In this document: positions 18,250-26,352 of the stretch, in pieces
Layout: the number at the start of each line of letters is the position of its first letter
Numbering within the stretch: position 1 is the stretch's first letter
Source: Flavobacteriales bacterium
GTDB lineage: Bacteria > Bacteroidota > Bacteroidia > Flavobacteriales_D > Crocinitomicaceae
Direction of reading: 5' to 3'
Assembly (NCBI GenBank): GCA_947462255.1
Contig: CANHOA010000003.1
Location: forward strand, 24,891 to 88,890
Length of the DNA stretch: 64,000 bases
Made by a program: the position numbers and the translations under genes
The notes under the pieces: generated by a model
Database searches by the model: none
What the model was told of the DNA's origin: nothing
The model's input: the letters and a program-made list of their open reading frames with translations, nothing else

Positions 18250-19539
18250 TTAATATGTTGTATACGTTACTACTAAACGGGGGGCAAACTTATTGTTTGT
18301 GTTTTTGCCATTAAAAACAATTCTTTCGGAAGAATTAATAAAAAACCTCGGCGAAAGAATCAATCCTGTATTTTCTATGTCTTTGTTTATTATAGCTTGC
18401 GCATACTGCTTTATATCAACTTTGAATTCTTTATTAAATTCATCGAAAGAACCGAGGACTCCCAAGTTAGTGTATAAATCGGTTGATTCTTTTGTGCGAG
18501 TGGCTACAGAAATATTAGAGCCCGGCTTATACCTGTAAAAATTTTGATACTGAACAGGTAAATGAAGGTCTGCTCGATGAATGAGAAAGTTCTTTTTTAA
18601 GTTGTCTAAGCCCGGTATTTTTACAATTGCGCGTACATTAAAAGCTTGGGCGTAAAACGCATTATTACCTAAAGTGCTGTCTTGAAGTGTTTGCTGTATA
18701 ACCGTGCCCGAAAAGTCCTTGTCAATGTGTGTAAAGTCAGCGCAAGAACTATTTAGAAGCAATTCAAATGTTTTTTGTACTGTCCCCTGATGAAAATACA
18801 CGGTCATTTTTGATGCGGCATCATTTAAATTAAAATAAAATGTCGCGCCATTTCCTGCCGCTTGCACCCCATTGTTTGTTTGGATTTTAATGCCCTTAAA
18901 ATAGCTCAGAAATGCTTCATTGCTACCAAAGGTTGTGCTCCCACTTGTTGCTTCAGTAATAAATGTGCGCGCTAAATTTGTGTCTAATGGTATTCTTAAT
19001 TGGGGACTGAGGCTGTCGCCTCCCACTATTGTTTTATTGATTGGATCAGGAGTAATCGTCCCCATTCCGAAAGGAACTAAATTGGTGGGTTTTGTGTTTT
19101 TTGTTGTAAAGGCGTAATAAGTTGAATCAATATTAAGGTCTTCATTTAGCTCATACACTTCAAATGTTTGAGGCTTTAGGTCGCCGTAATATCCAACATA
19201 CTTTAGAGATAAAACAAATGAGTCAATAGCAATTGTACCAGGGTCTCCAAAGTTTGGATTGATTCCGGCTAAACGAATTTGAGTATAAACCGATGCATCA
19301 ACTTTTCCAAAAATTGGATCTTTGTAGCTCCCCAAAACAACATTAGAAGCATTATCGGTAACGATAGAATCTTCTATTATTGAATAAGAAATAATGTCGA
19401 AGGTGTCGGTTGTGGTGCCAGATAGATAGGCGTCAGAGTTGAGCAAATCCTTCCCTAAAGCATTTTCTTTTTTCTTACACGAGGCAATAAATATGGCGCT
19501 GATTGCTATTATCAAGCATGAAAAATAGGCTTTTTTCAT
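18250..19539 (-). CDS. DUF4270-like lipoprotein
   Basis: 429 aa with a lipobox-like FIASC after the signal segment. It occupies the position between the short GlgA-like gene and glmS that I recall as typical for this family in Bacteroidota. Confidence 0.55.
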   Translation of the reverse strand: MKKAYFSCLIIAISAIFIASCKKKENALGKDLLNSDAYLSGTTTDTFDIISYSIIEDSIVTDNASNVVLGSYKDPIFGKVDASVYTQIRLAGINPNFGDPGTIAIDSFVLSLKYVGYYGDLKPQTFEVYELNEDLNIDSTYYAFTTKNTKPTNLVPFGMGTITPDPINKTIVGGDSLSPQLRIPLDTNLARTFITEATSGSTTFGSNEAFLSYFKGIKIQTNNGVQAAGNGATFYFNLNDAASKMTVYFHQGTVQKTFELLLNSSCADFTHIDKDFSGTVIQQTLQDSTLGNNAFYAQAFNVRAIVKIPGLDNLKKNFLIHRADLHLPVQYQNFYRYKPGSNISVATRTKESTDLYTNLGVLGSFDEFNKEFKVDIKQYAQAIINKDIENTGLILSPRFFINSSERIVFNGKNTNNKFAPRLVVTYTTY

Positions 19540-19556
19540 TGAAATAATAATGAGAA

Positions 19557-20378
19557 TTAAACAAGGATAGGTTCATCCACAACCTTATCTATAAAGATAG
19601 AAAGTGCTTTAGCTTGCGCTTCCTCTGATACAAAGTCAAGTTTGTGCACGTTGGAAGCATCATATATTTGCTGAATAGCTGGATGTAGTTCCTCTACACC
19701 AACACTAAGGCCATCACAATGATGTGCAAATACTTTGGTAAGGTTTAAGAAGCTCGTATCTTTTACGCTGTCAGCTATCGCGGCTGGAAAACCATCCAAT
19801 TTTAATTTTTCAGAAAATCGTGGGTTCCAATCATTCGTAAATCGATCGTTGAAAAAATTATAAACAACTTTTGTTGACTTAAAATGTGGGTCTTTGTTGT
19901 AAATATGCTTTATATATAACGACATTAAACCCGTAAACGAGCCATTGCAATGTATTAGGTCTGGCTGCCATCCTAATTTTTTTACTGTTTCTAATACGCC
20001 CCTACAGAAAAACATCGCTCGTTCATCGTTATCCTCATAATCTTGATCGTTTTCATCTAATAACGTCGCCTTTCTTTTAAAATAATCATCGTTATCAATA
20101 AAATAAACTTGCATTTTAGCGGCTGAAACCGAGGCTACTTTTATAATTAGTGGGTGATCGTGGTCATCTATTGACAGGTTAAGTCCTGATAAACGAATTA
20201 CTTCATGTAACTGATGTCTACGTTCGTTTATAACACTATATCTTGGAGAAAAAACCCTGATTTCTTTTCCGCTCTCTTGGGTAATTTGAGGAAGGCGACG
20301 GGCCTGCGAAGAAACCTCTGACTTGGGTAAAAAGGGGTATATTTCCTGAGAAATAAATAACACTTTCTTTTTTTCCAT
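19557..20378 (-). CDS. Short glycogen-synthase-like protein (Glyco_transf_5 N-domain only)
   Basis: 273 aa starting KVLFISQEIYPFLPKSEVS, which resembles the GlgA N-terminus. The KTGGL motif is replaced by KSEVS, and no C-terminal GT1 half follows. Confidence 0.65.
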   Translation of the reverse strand: MEKKKVLFISQEIYPFLPKSEVSSQARRLPQITQESGKEIRVFSPRYSVINERRHQLHEVIRLSGLNLSIDDHDHPLIIKVASVSAAKMQVYFIDNDDYFKRKATLLDENDQDYEDNDERAMFFCRGVLETVKKLGWQPDLIHCNGSFTGLMSLYIKHIYNKDPHFKSTKVVYNFFNDRFTNDWNPRFSEKLKLDGFPAAIADSVKDTSFLNLTKVFAHHCDGLSVGVEELHPAIQQIYDASNVHKLDFVSEEAQAKALSIFIDKVVDEPILV

Positions 20379-20445
20379 TTAGCGCTTACTTACTTAATAT
20401 TAGCTGCAAATTTACAATAAAATATGCGGTTTTCCTAAAAACCTA

Positions 20446-20453
20446 TAGCTTTG
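20446..20453 (+). promoter_or_regulatory. Candidate -7 promoter box (TAGCTTTG) for panC
   Basis: Matches TAnnTTTG and ends 17 nt upstream of the panC ATG. Confidence 0.4.
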
Positions 20454-20470
20454 TTCTCACTAATATAATA

Positions 20471-21310
20471 ATGCCCGTGCTATTAACAACAATTGATAAT
20501 TTAGTTTTTACCATTCGTTCGCTAAAAGAGCAGGGCAAGCGGATAGGTTTCGTTCCAACAATGGGCGCGCTTCATCAAGGTCATTTATCTTTAATAGAGC
20601 AAGGGTTTAGTGCCTGTGATGTTGTGGTGGTAAGTATTTTTGTTAATCCATTACAGTTTAATAATTCCGCGGATTTTAAATCGTATCCCAATACTCTTGA
20701 TGCAGACTTAAAACTACTTGGGTCCTTTCCAAATCTATACGTCTTTACGCCCTCTTTTAATGAGCTGTTCCATGGACAAGAAAGTGACTTTAAAGTGGGG
20801 GTGGGAGAAGTCGCAACATTACTTGAGGGCGCTTGGCGGCCCGGACACTTTGATGGTGTTGTACAAGTTGTTCATGCGCTTTTTAGATTGGTTGAGCCTA
20901 ACGCCGCTTTTTTTGGAGAGAAGGATTACCAACAACTCGCTATTATTAAAATAATGGTGAGAAAACTCGGATTGCCAATTGAAATAATCGCGTGTCCTAC
21001 GCAACGCTCACCTGAAGGACTGGCTATGAGTAGTAGAAATATGTTGCTTAATACTGAAGAAAAGCGCCAAGCGCTAATTATTTGGGAAACCTTAAATTAT
21101 ATTAAAAACAATCAGGCTAAGTATACGCCGAAGCAGCTTCAAGAGCTTGGAAAAATATTTTTTAATTCTGGTCATTTGCGGCTTGAATACTTAGAGATTG
21201 TGTGTGCTGACACCCTAGAATCCGTTTCGAATTGGGAAACAAAAAACATTTGTTGCATCGCTGCTTATTGCGGAAATACACGATTGATTGATAATTTAGT
21301 TCTCAATTAA
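20471..21310 (+). CDS. panC: Pantoate--beta-alanine ligase
   Basis: 279 aa with the PTMGALHQGHLSL (HxGH) motif. Confidence 0.9.
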   Translation: MPVLLTTIDNLVFTIRSLKEQGKRIGFVPTMGALHQGHLSLIEQGFSACDVVVVSIFVNPLQFNNSADFKSYPNTLDADLKLLGSFPNLYVFTPSFNELFHGQESDFKVGVGEVATLLEGAWRPGHFDGVVQVVHALFRLVEPNAAFFGEKDYQQLAIIKIMVRKLGLPIEIIACPTQRSPEGLAMSSRNMLLNTEEKRQALIIWETLNYIKNNQAKYTPKQLQELGKIFFNSGHLRLEYLEIVCADTLESVSNWETKNICCIAAYCGNTRLIDNLVLN

Positions 21311-21347
21311 TTGTTTTGCCTTAATTTTGGCGTAACTAATTATAATC

Positions 21348-21701
21348 ATGCAAATACAAATTTTAAAATCAAAAATTCATCGTGTTCGCGTAACGCAAGC
21401 AGAATTAGATTACATTGGAAGCATCACCATTGATGAAAAGTTAATGATTGCGGCTAATATTATCGAGGGGGAGCGCGTTCAGATTGTTAATGTAAATAAC
21501 GGCGAGCGCTTCGAGACATATGTTATTAAGGGTGAGCCGAACAGTGGTAACATCTGTTTAAATGGGCCTGCAGCTAGGCGGGTTGCCATAAATGATATTA
21601 TCATTATTCTTGGTTATGGCATTATGGACTTTGAAGAAGCTAAGCTGTTTAAGCCGGCGCTCGTTTTTCCAAATGAAAAAACGAACTTATTAACTTCCTA
21701 A
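21348..21701 (+). CDS. panD: Aspartate 1-decarboxylase
   Basis: 117 aa starting [23 protein letters not shown], including the G-S self-processing site. Confidence 0.9.
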   Translation: MQIQILKSKIHRVRVTQAELDYIGSITIDEKLMIAANIIEGERVQIVNVNNGERFETYVIKGEPNSGNICLNGPAARRVAINDIIIILGYGIMDFEEAKLFKPALVFPNEKTNLLTS

Positions 21702-21703
21702 CT

Positions 21704-22213
21704 ATGATAAATCATTGGGAGCTCACTAAGTCAAAAATATTATCCTTAGAAGATGCCCTTGCGCTTACGAAAACACTAAAGAATCAAGGTAAAAAAATTG
21801 TTTTTACGAATGGTTGTTTCGATGTGTTGCATCTTGGCCACGTAAGTTATTTGGCAAAAGCTGCGTCGCTTGGCGATTGTCTTGTTGTAGCGCTAAATAC
21901 AGACGCTTCTGTTCGGGCGCTAAATAAGGCTCCTAATCGTCCTATTCACGATGAAGACGCAAGGCGATTGGTAATTGCTAGCTTATCTTGTGTGGATGGC
22001 GTAATTCTTTTTGATGAAAATACGCCGTTAAACGCAATCGAAACGCTTCTTCCAGATGTGTTGGTTAAAGGGGCTGACTATGACGCAAAAGAAGTAGATA
22101 AGACTTCGTCACGATACATCGTTGGATCAGATGTTGTTATTAAAAATGGTGGTGAAGTCGCAACAATAGAATTTGTTGAAGGCCATTCAACAACCAATAT
22201 ATTAAGAAAGTGA
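21704..22213 (+). CDS. rfaE2: D-glycero-beta-D-manno-heptose 1-phosphate adenylyltransferase-like cytidylyltransferase (RfaE domain II type)
   Basis: 169 aa with the nucleotidyltransferase motif FTNGCFDVLHLGH and a following ..VKGADY. Confidence 0.75.
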   Translation: MINHWELTKSKILSLEDALALTKTLKNQGKKIVFTNGCFDVLHLGHVSYLAKAASLGDCLVVALNTDASVRALNKAPNRPIHDEDARRLVIASLSCVDGVILFDENTPLNAIETLLPDVLVKGADYDAKEVDKTSSRYIVGSDVVIKNGGEVATIEFVEGHSTTNILRK

Positions 22214-22885
22214 TTTGCTTTTGCGGTTCTCGAAAAAGGCAATAATCGGAAAAAGCATACTGAAATTATAATATAAATCCTCAAAAGGTATTGTTGTCAT
22301 TCGTAAACCAATAATGTGTTTTTCTGAATACCAAACAATAGGCTCGGCCGTAAAAGCGCCTGTGAGAGCTCCATTAACAATAAAAAATGGCAATAGGCAA
22401 ATACAATAACTAAAGGCGAAATTACCTAGCCATGAGGGTTTCATTGCTAAGGCATATACACAAAAACAAAAAGTAATTAGACAAGTGGTGAAAGTGTACC
22501 AATTTTTGAAATAGCAAATCGTTAAAACAAGGCTGCTTATGCCAAAAAGAACAAAAAATCGAGTGCCCAAATTTTTAAGTTTTACATCTGGAAAATACGC
22601 TTTTAATACTTGATGAATGAATACACAATTGTAAGGAACAATGAAGAAAAATAATACTTCTTCTAAAGGTAAATGGCCTAAATATATCCCCCATAAATAC
22701 CTTGGATTGAATCCCCAGATTTTATTGATAGTAAATACCTCATCCCAAACCAAAAAAAATGTTGCTGTGAATAATAGACCAAGGATAAAAAATTTAATGT
22801 TTTTATAAAAGGCTACTTTCTTATCGAAACTCAATAAAAGAGGGCCTATGAATGCCCCTATAATTAAATAGCCGTACAAACTCAT
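22202..22885 (-). CDS. Lycopene cyclase domain protein (fused CrtYc/CrtYd type)
   Basis: 227-aa polytopic membrane protein. It has the PLEE motif (HLPLEEVLFFFIVP) and a second half ending ..TIPFEDLYYNF, as in heterodimeric-type carotenoid cyclases. Confidence 0.7.
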   Translation of the reverse strand: MSLYGYLIIGAFIGPLLLSFDKKVAFYKNIKFFILGLLFTATFFLVWDEVFTINKIWGFNPRYLWGIYLGHLPLEEVLFFFIVPYNCVFIHQVLKAYFPDVKLKNLGTRFFVLFGISSLVLTICYFKNWYTFTTCLITFCFCVYALAMKPSWLGNFAFSYCICLLPFFIVNGALTGAFTAEPIVWYSEKHIIGLRMTTIPFEDLYYNFSMLFPIIAFFENRKSKSLS

Positions 22886-23361
22886 TTAGCTTGGCTATTG
22901 CGACGATACGCTTTTCTCGCTTCTTGGTAAAATTTTGGCGGTACGAGAAGCATTCCAAAGCACTCGCCCTTTTCCTTCCCTGTATTTTTATGGTGAATTT
23001 TATGCGCCTTTCTAATGGCATAAAAATAAGGGTGGTCAAGATTTCTTAGCCATTTAACACGTTGATGAATATAGACATCGTGAATTAAAAAATAAGCTAG
23101 TCCATAGGCTGCTATTCCATAACCAATCCAAACGGGTAGATAATTGTTTGCCATCATACCAAGCATAATACAAAGCCAGGAAGGAATGGCATAAATAAGA
23201 AAGAAAATGTCATTTTTTTCCATGAAACCCGGTTCAATTTGATGGTGGTCTTTATGGAAATACCACATTTTACCATGCATCAGAAATTTATGCGTGCACC
23301 AAGCCATAAATTCCATAAAGAAAAAGGTCGTTATTAATAAAAGAGGTCCCCACCAATACAT
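22882..23361 (-). CDS. crtZ: Beta-carotene 3-hydroxylase
   Basis: Histidine boxes HKFLMHG, HKDHH, HDVYIHQR and HKIHH. I prefer ATG 23361 (MYWWGP..) over the TTG at 23379 used by the track. This gives a TAATG junction with the upstream gene and an ATGA overlap with the cyclase gene. Confidence 0.85.
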   Translation of the reverse strand: MYWWGPLLLITTFFFMEFMAWCTHKFLMHGKMWYFHKDHHQIEPGFMEKNDIFFLIYAIPSWLCIMLGMMANNYLPVWIGYGIAAYGLAYFLIHDVYIHQRVKWLRNLDHPYFYAIRKAHKIHHKNTGKEKGECFGMLLVPPKFYQEARKAYRRNSQAK

Positions 23362-23993
23362 TAGAACAAATTTAAGCAAATGAAAAATACTGTCATAAAT
23401 AAAAACAAGGCGATAATCACTTTGTTCGAATCATGTTTTATCTTACTAAAATAAATAATTTGTAAAAACAGGCCTATAAAAAACCAACAGATGTAATTAT
23501 AAGTGGGAATAAGCCCTCCCTCCCAGTTCCAAAAACCACTCTTAATCGCTACGGGCTCTAGGATAAAGTCGAAGAGCAACATTAAAAAAGCAGCGATAAT
23601 CATTCTTGCTAATTTATTAGCGTTCAATAAAGCCGAACAGTGAGCGGCGCCTATCGTAACAATGGCCCAATTAATTGCAATAATTACCGGAACGCCTGCC
23701 ATTTTCACCCCTAAATTGGCTTCATAATGGTAGTTTCCAAATAAGAGTCCAGTATTCACGCCTATTAACTCTGTTATAAACCCAACGAGTCCGGAAAAAA
23801 GCAGGAAAGTAAATGCTGGTTTTATAGGTGTTCTTAGGGTAAAAAGAATGGCGCAAAAAGAAAGAATAAGGATAAGGGGAGTAAGTGATAAAAAGAGTGT
23901 TCTATATGCCGGTATAATACTCCCAAAAAAACCTACAAGATAAATAATCCCAAAAAAACCAATAACTAACTTTTCTTTCTTTTTTGAATTCAT
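23361..23993 (-). CDS. Carotenoid biosynthesis membrane protein (DUF422 / CruF-like)
   Basis: About 210-aa, 7-TM-like protein containing GVNTGLLFGNYHYEANLGVKMAGVPVIIAINW. I prefer ATG 23993 (MNSKKKEK) over 24041, which would overlap the SDR gene. Confidence 0.6.
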   Translation of the reverse strand: MNSKKKEKLVIGFFGIIYLVGFFGSIIPAYRTLFLSLTPLILILSFCAILFTLRTPIKPAFTFLLFSGLVGFITELIGVNTGLLFGNYHYEANLGVKMAGVPVIIAINWAIVTIGAAHCSALLNANKLARMIIAAFLMLLFDFILEPVAIKSGFWNWEGGLIPTYNYICWFFIGLFLQIIYFSKIKHDSNKVIIALFLFMTVFFICLNLF

Positions 23994-24000
23994 TGTGTAC

Positions 24001-25002
24001 TTAAATAATTCTTCCTTTAATGGCGTGTAACAATGTGTCATTAAGGGGGGTAAATGGAATGGCTGTTGTCGTACTAATCAAACGACTATCATAGCGTATC
24101 GTTTTATACGCTGAATAAACTGATTCAATAGTCAAACCCCTTCTTTTTCGCAAAAACAAATAAAAAACTTCGGAAAATGCTGCAAAAATGAGCGATATTA
24201 ATCGCGGTGTTTTCATTCTTGGTGGGCGCTTATTGAAACAACTAGCTATGGCACTTAGCAGTTCAAGAAAGCTAACATTTTGTCCTGTACAAAGAAATTT
24301 TTTATTAGTAATCGTTGAATTCATTAAGTAAATCATGTTGGAAACAAGGTCTCTTACATCCACAATAGCATTTGATCCCTTTGGATAAAAAAAGATGCCT
24401 TTGGATGCCGTTTTAAAAATAGACAAAGAGCTGTCGTTCCAATTTCCTGGACCTAAAATTAAACAAGGATTAACTATTACCACAGGCAGGCCCTCTTCAG
24501 CCCCGCGCCATACTTCTTTTTCAGCACTGTACTTTGAGATGGAGTAACCTGAAACTTCTTTTCCTGGCTTCCATTTTGTGGTTTCATCTGTGGTGCCGTT
24601 TGGATTAAACCCTAGGGCGGCCGTGGAACTTACATAGCAGAGCTTTTTCACCTTGTTTAGAAGGCATAAATTAACAATGTTAGCAGTCCCTTGGCGGTTC
24701 ACACTCATACAAGTATGAAAGTCTATTTTGTGAAAGGAAACAAGTGCTGCACAATGATAGACATGCGAAACACCATCGAATAACTCGTTCAAGTCGGATA
24801 GCGAAAGTATATCTGCGCGAACCCACTGAATTTTGTTAAAATATTCTTGGGCCTTTGTGTTAAAATAAAATTCAAAAAGTTTTTTTGTTTCTTGCTTTTT
24901 AAATTCTGACCGGAAACTAGCTCGCACGCTTTTATGGTGTTGTGTTAGTTCACACAACAAATGTCCGCCTACCAAACCTGTTCCGCCCGTTACTAAAATC
25001 AT
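24001..25002 (-). CDS. NAD-dependent epimerase/dehydratase-family (extended SDR) protein
   Basis: 333 aa with a VTGGTGLVGGHL Rossmann motif and a YSISK (YxxxK) motif. Confidence 0.75.
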   Translation of the reverse strand: MILVTGGTGLVGGHLLCELTQHHKSVRASFRSEFKKQETKKLFEFYFNTKAQEYFNKIQWVRADILSLSDLNELFDGVSHVYHCAALVSFHKIDFHTCMSVNRQGTANIVNLCLLNKVKKLCYVSSTAALGFNPNGTTDETTKWKPGKEVSGYSISKYSAEKEVWRGAEEGLPVVIVNPCLILGPGNWNDSSLSIFKTASKGIFFYPKGSNAIVDVRDLVSNMIYLMNSTITNKKFLCTGQNVSFLELLSAIASCFNKRPPRMKTPRLISLIFAAFSEVFYLFLRKRRGLTIESVYSAYKTIRYDSRLISTTTAIPFTPLNDTLLHAIKGRII

Positions 25003-26303
25003 TTCACGGTAAATATAGCGTCTAAAGCGTCACAAAACCCAATTACTGATGCGTCTAAAATAGACTCGCTGTGGGCTTGTGAAATAAACCCCACTTCATA
25101 ACCACTTGGACCAATATAAATACCTCTAGTAAGTAATTCGGCGTGCAACAAATTGAAGTTACTCATATCTGGATTAATTTGGTCGGCTGAGGCAATGCGT
25201 TTATTCTCTTCAAATGACAACCAAAAAATAGATCCTATACTCAATAATTTAAATGGATAAGATGAATCGCTAGCGTGTTTATTTATTGCCTGAACAAAAC
25301 CCAAGGTTTTGATTGACAAATCTTCATAAAATCCGGGGCGAAGACAATTGCTTAATTGGGCAATCCCCGCCGCCATAGCAACCGGATTACCAGAAAGTGT
25401 TCCTGCCTGGTAAACAGGGCCTTCAGGAGATACGTTCGACATCAACTCATTGCTTGCGCCATAAGCACCTACGGGTAATCCTCCCCCCATAATTTTACCA
25501 TAAGTTACAATATCCGGAATAATGTCATAAAAAGCTGCTGCTCCGCCGAAAGCAACTCTAAACCCCGATATTACCTCATCGAAAATTAAAAGTATGTTTA
25601 GTTTCGTACACAGCGCTCTAAGGGAAAGAAGAAATGTTTTATCCTGCAGAAGTAAGCCATTATTAGCCGGTATTGGTTCAATAATTACCGCGGCTATTTC
25701 ATGAGCTTGGGCATGTAGAATCTCGCTTAATTTAGATAAATCGTTTAGTGGAAGCACGATTGTTTCATTAGCCAAAGACTCCGGAACGCCCGCGCTGGAT
25801 GATGTTCCAAACGTTATAAGACCGCTTCCCGCCTTTACCATTAAAGAGTCAACATGACCATGGTAACAGCCTTCAAATTTCACCAATTTAGTTTTTCCGG
25901 AGGCCCCTCTCGCTAATCGTATAGCGGACATAACTGCTTCTGTACCCGATGATACAAACCTTAATTTGTCTATAAATGGAATATTACTCAGAATGAGTGC
26001 TGCTAATTCATTTTCTTTTTTTGTTGGCGCCCCAAAACTTGCCCCATTAGCCAAAGCAGCGACGGTCCCCTCGAAAATATCCGGGTGATTGTGTCCCAAA
26101 ATCAAAGGTCCCCAACTGCAACAAAAATCAATGTATTTATTTCCATCTTCATCCCAAAGATAGGCTCCGTCGCCTTTTTGAATAAAAAGTGGCGTCCCAC
26201 CTACTGACCTAAATGCCCGTACAGGTGAATTTACGCCTCCTGGAAAATAGGTTTTTGCTTTTTCAAACAACTGTTTGGATGTAGACCTGTTAAGTTCGCT
26301 CAT
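24999..26303 (-). CDS. hemL: Glutamate-1-semialdehyde 2,1-aminomutase
   Basis: 434 aa, class III aminotransferase-like, with GGVNSPVRAF near the N-terminus and DEVISGFR. Confidence 0.9.
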   Translation of the reverse strand: MSELNRSTSKQLFEKAKTYFPGGVNSPVRAFRSVGGTPLFIQKGDGAYLWDEDGNKYIDFCCSWGPLILGHNHPDIFEGTVAALANGASFGAPTKKENELAALILSNIPFIDKLRFVSSGTEAVMSAIRLARGASGKTKLVKFEGCYHGHVDSLMVKAGSGLITFGTSSSAGVPESLANETIVLPLNDLSKLSEILHAQAHEIAAVIIEPIPANNGLLLQDKTFLLSLRALCTKLNILLIFDEVISGFRVAFGGAAAFYDIIPDIVTYGKIMGGGLPVGAYGASNELMSNVSPEGPVYQAGTLSGNPVAMAAGIAQLSNCLRPGFYEDLSIKTLGFVQAINKHASDSSYPFKLLSIGSIFWLSFEENKRIASADQINPDMSNFNLLHAELLTRGIYIGPSGYEVGFISQAHSESILDASVIGFCDALDAIFTVK

Positions 26304-26312
26304 TTTCTTGTT

Positions 26313-26320
26313 TATCTTTG
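26313..26320 (+). promoter_or_regulatory. Candidate -7 promoter box (TATCTTTG) for kynU
   Basis: Matches TAnnTTTG and ends 32 nt upstream of ATG 26353, inside the 49-bp hemL/kynU divergent spacer. Confidence 0.4.
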
Positions 26321-26327
26321 TGGTTTA

Positions 26328-26335
26328 CAAAAATA
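26328..26335 (-). promoter_or_regulatory. Candidate -7 promoter box (TATTTTTG on the minus strand) for the hemL operon
   Basis: The reverse complement of CAAAAATA matches TAnnTTTG. It lies 24 nt upstream of the hemL ATG at 26303. Confidence 0.35.
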
Positions 26336-26352
26336 ACAAATTTCAACGGCTT

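Noticed and set aside
19557-20378. Calling the short GlgA-like gene a pseudogene (truncated glgA).
   Set aside because: The ORF is intact with a proper ATG and stop. No remnant of the C-terminal half follows, since the next gene starts 17 nt later. I recall short forms of this kind as a conserved feature in Bacteroidota.
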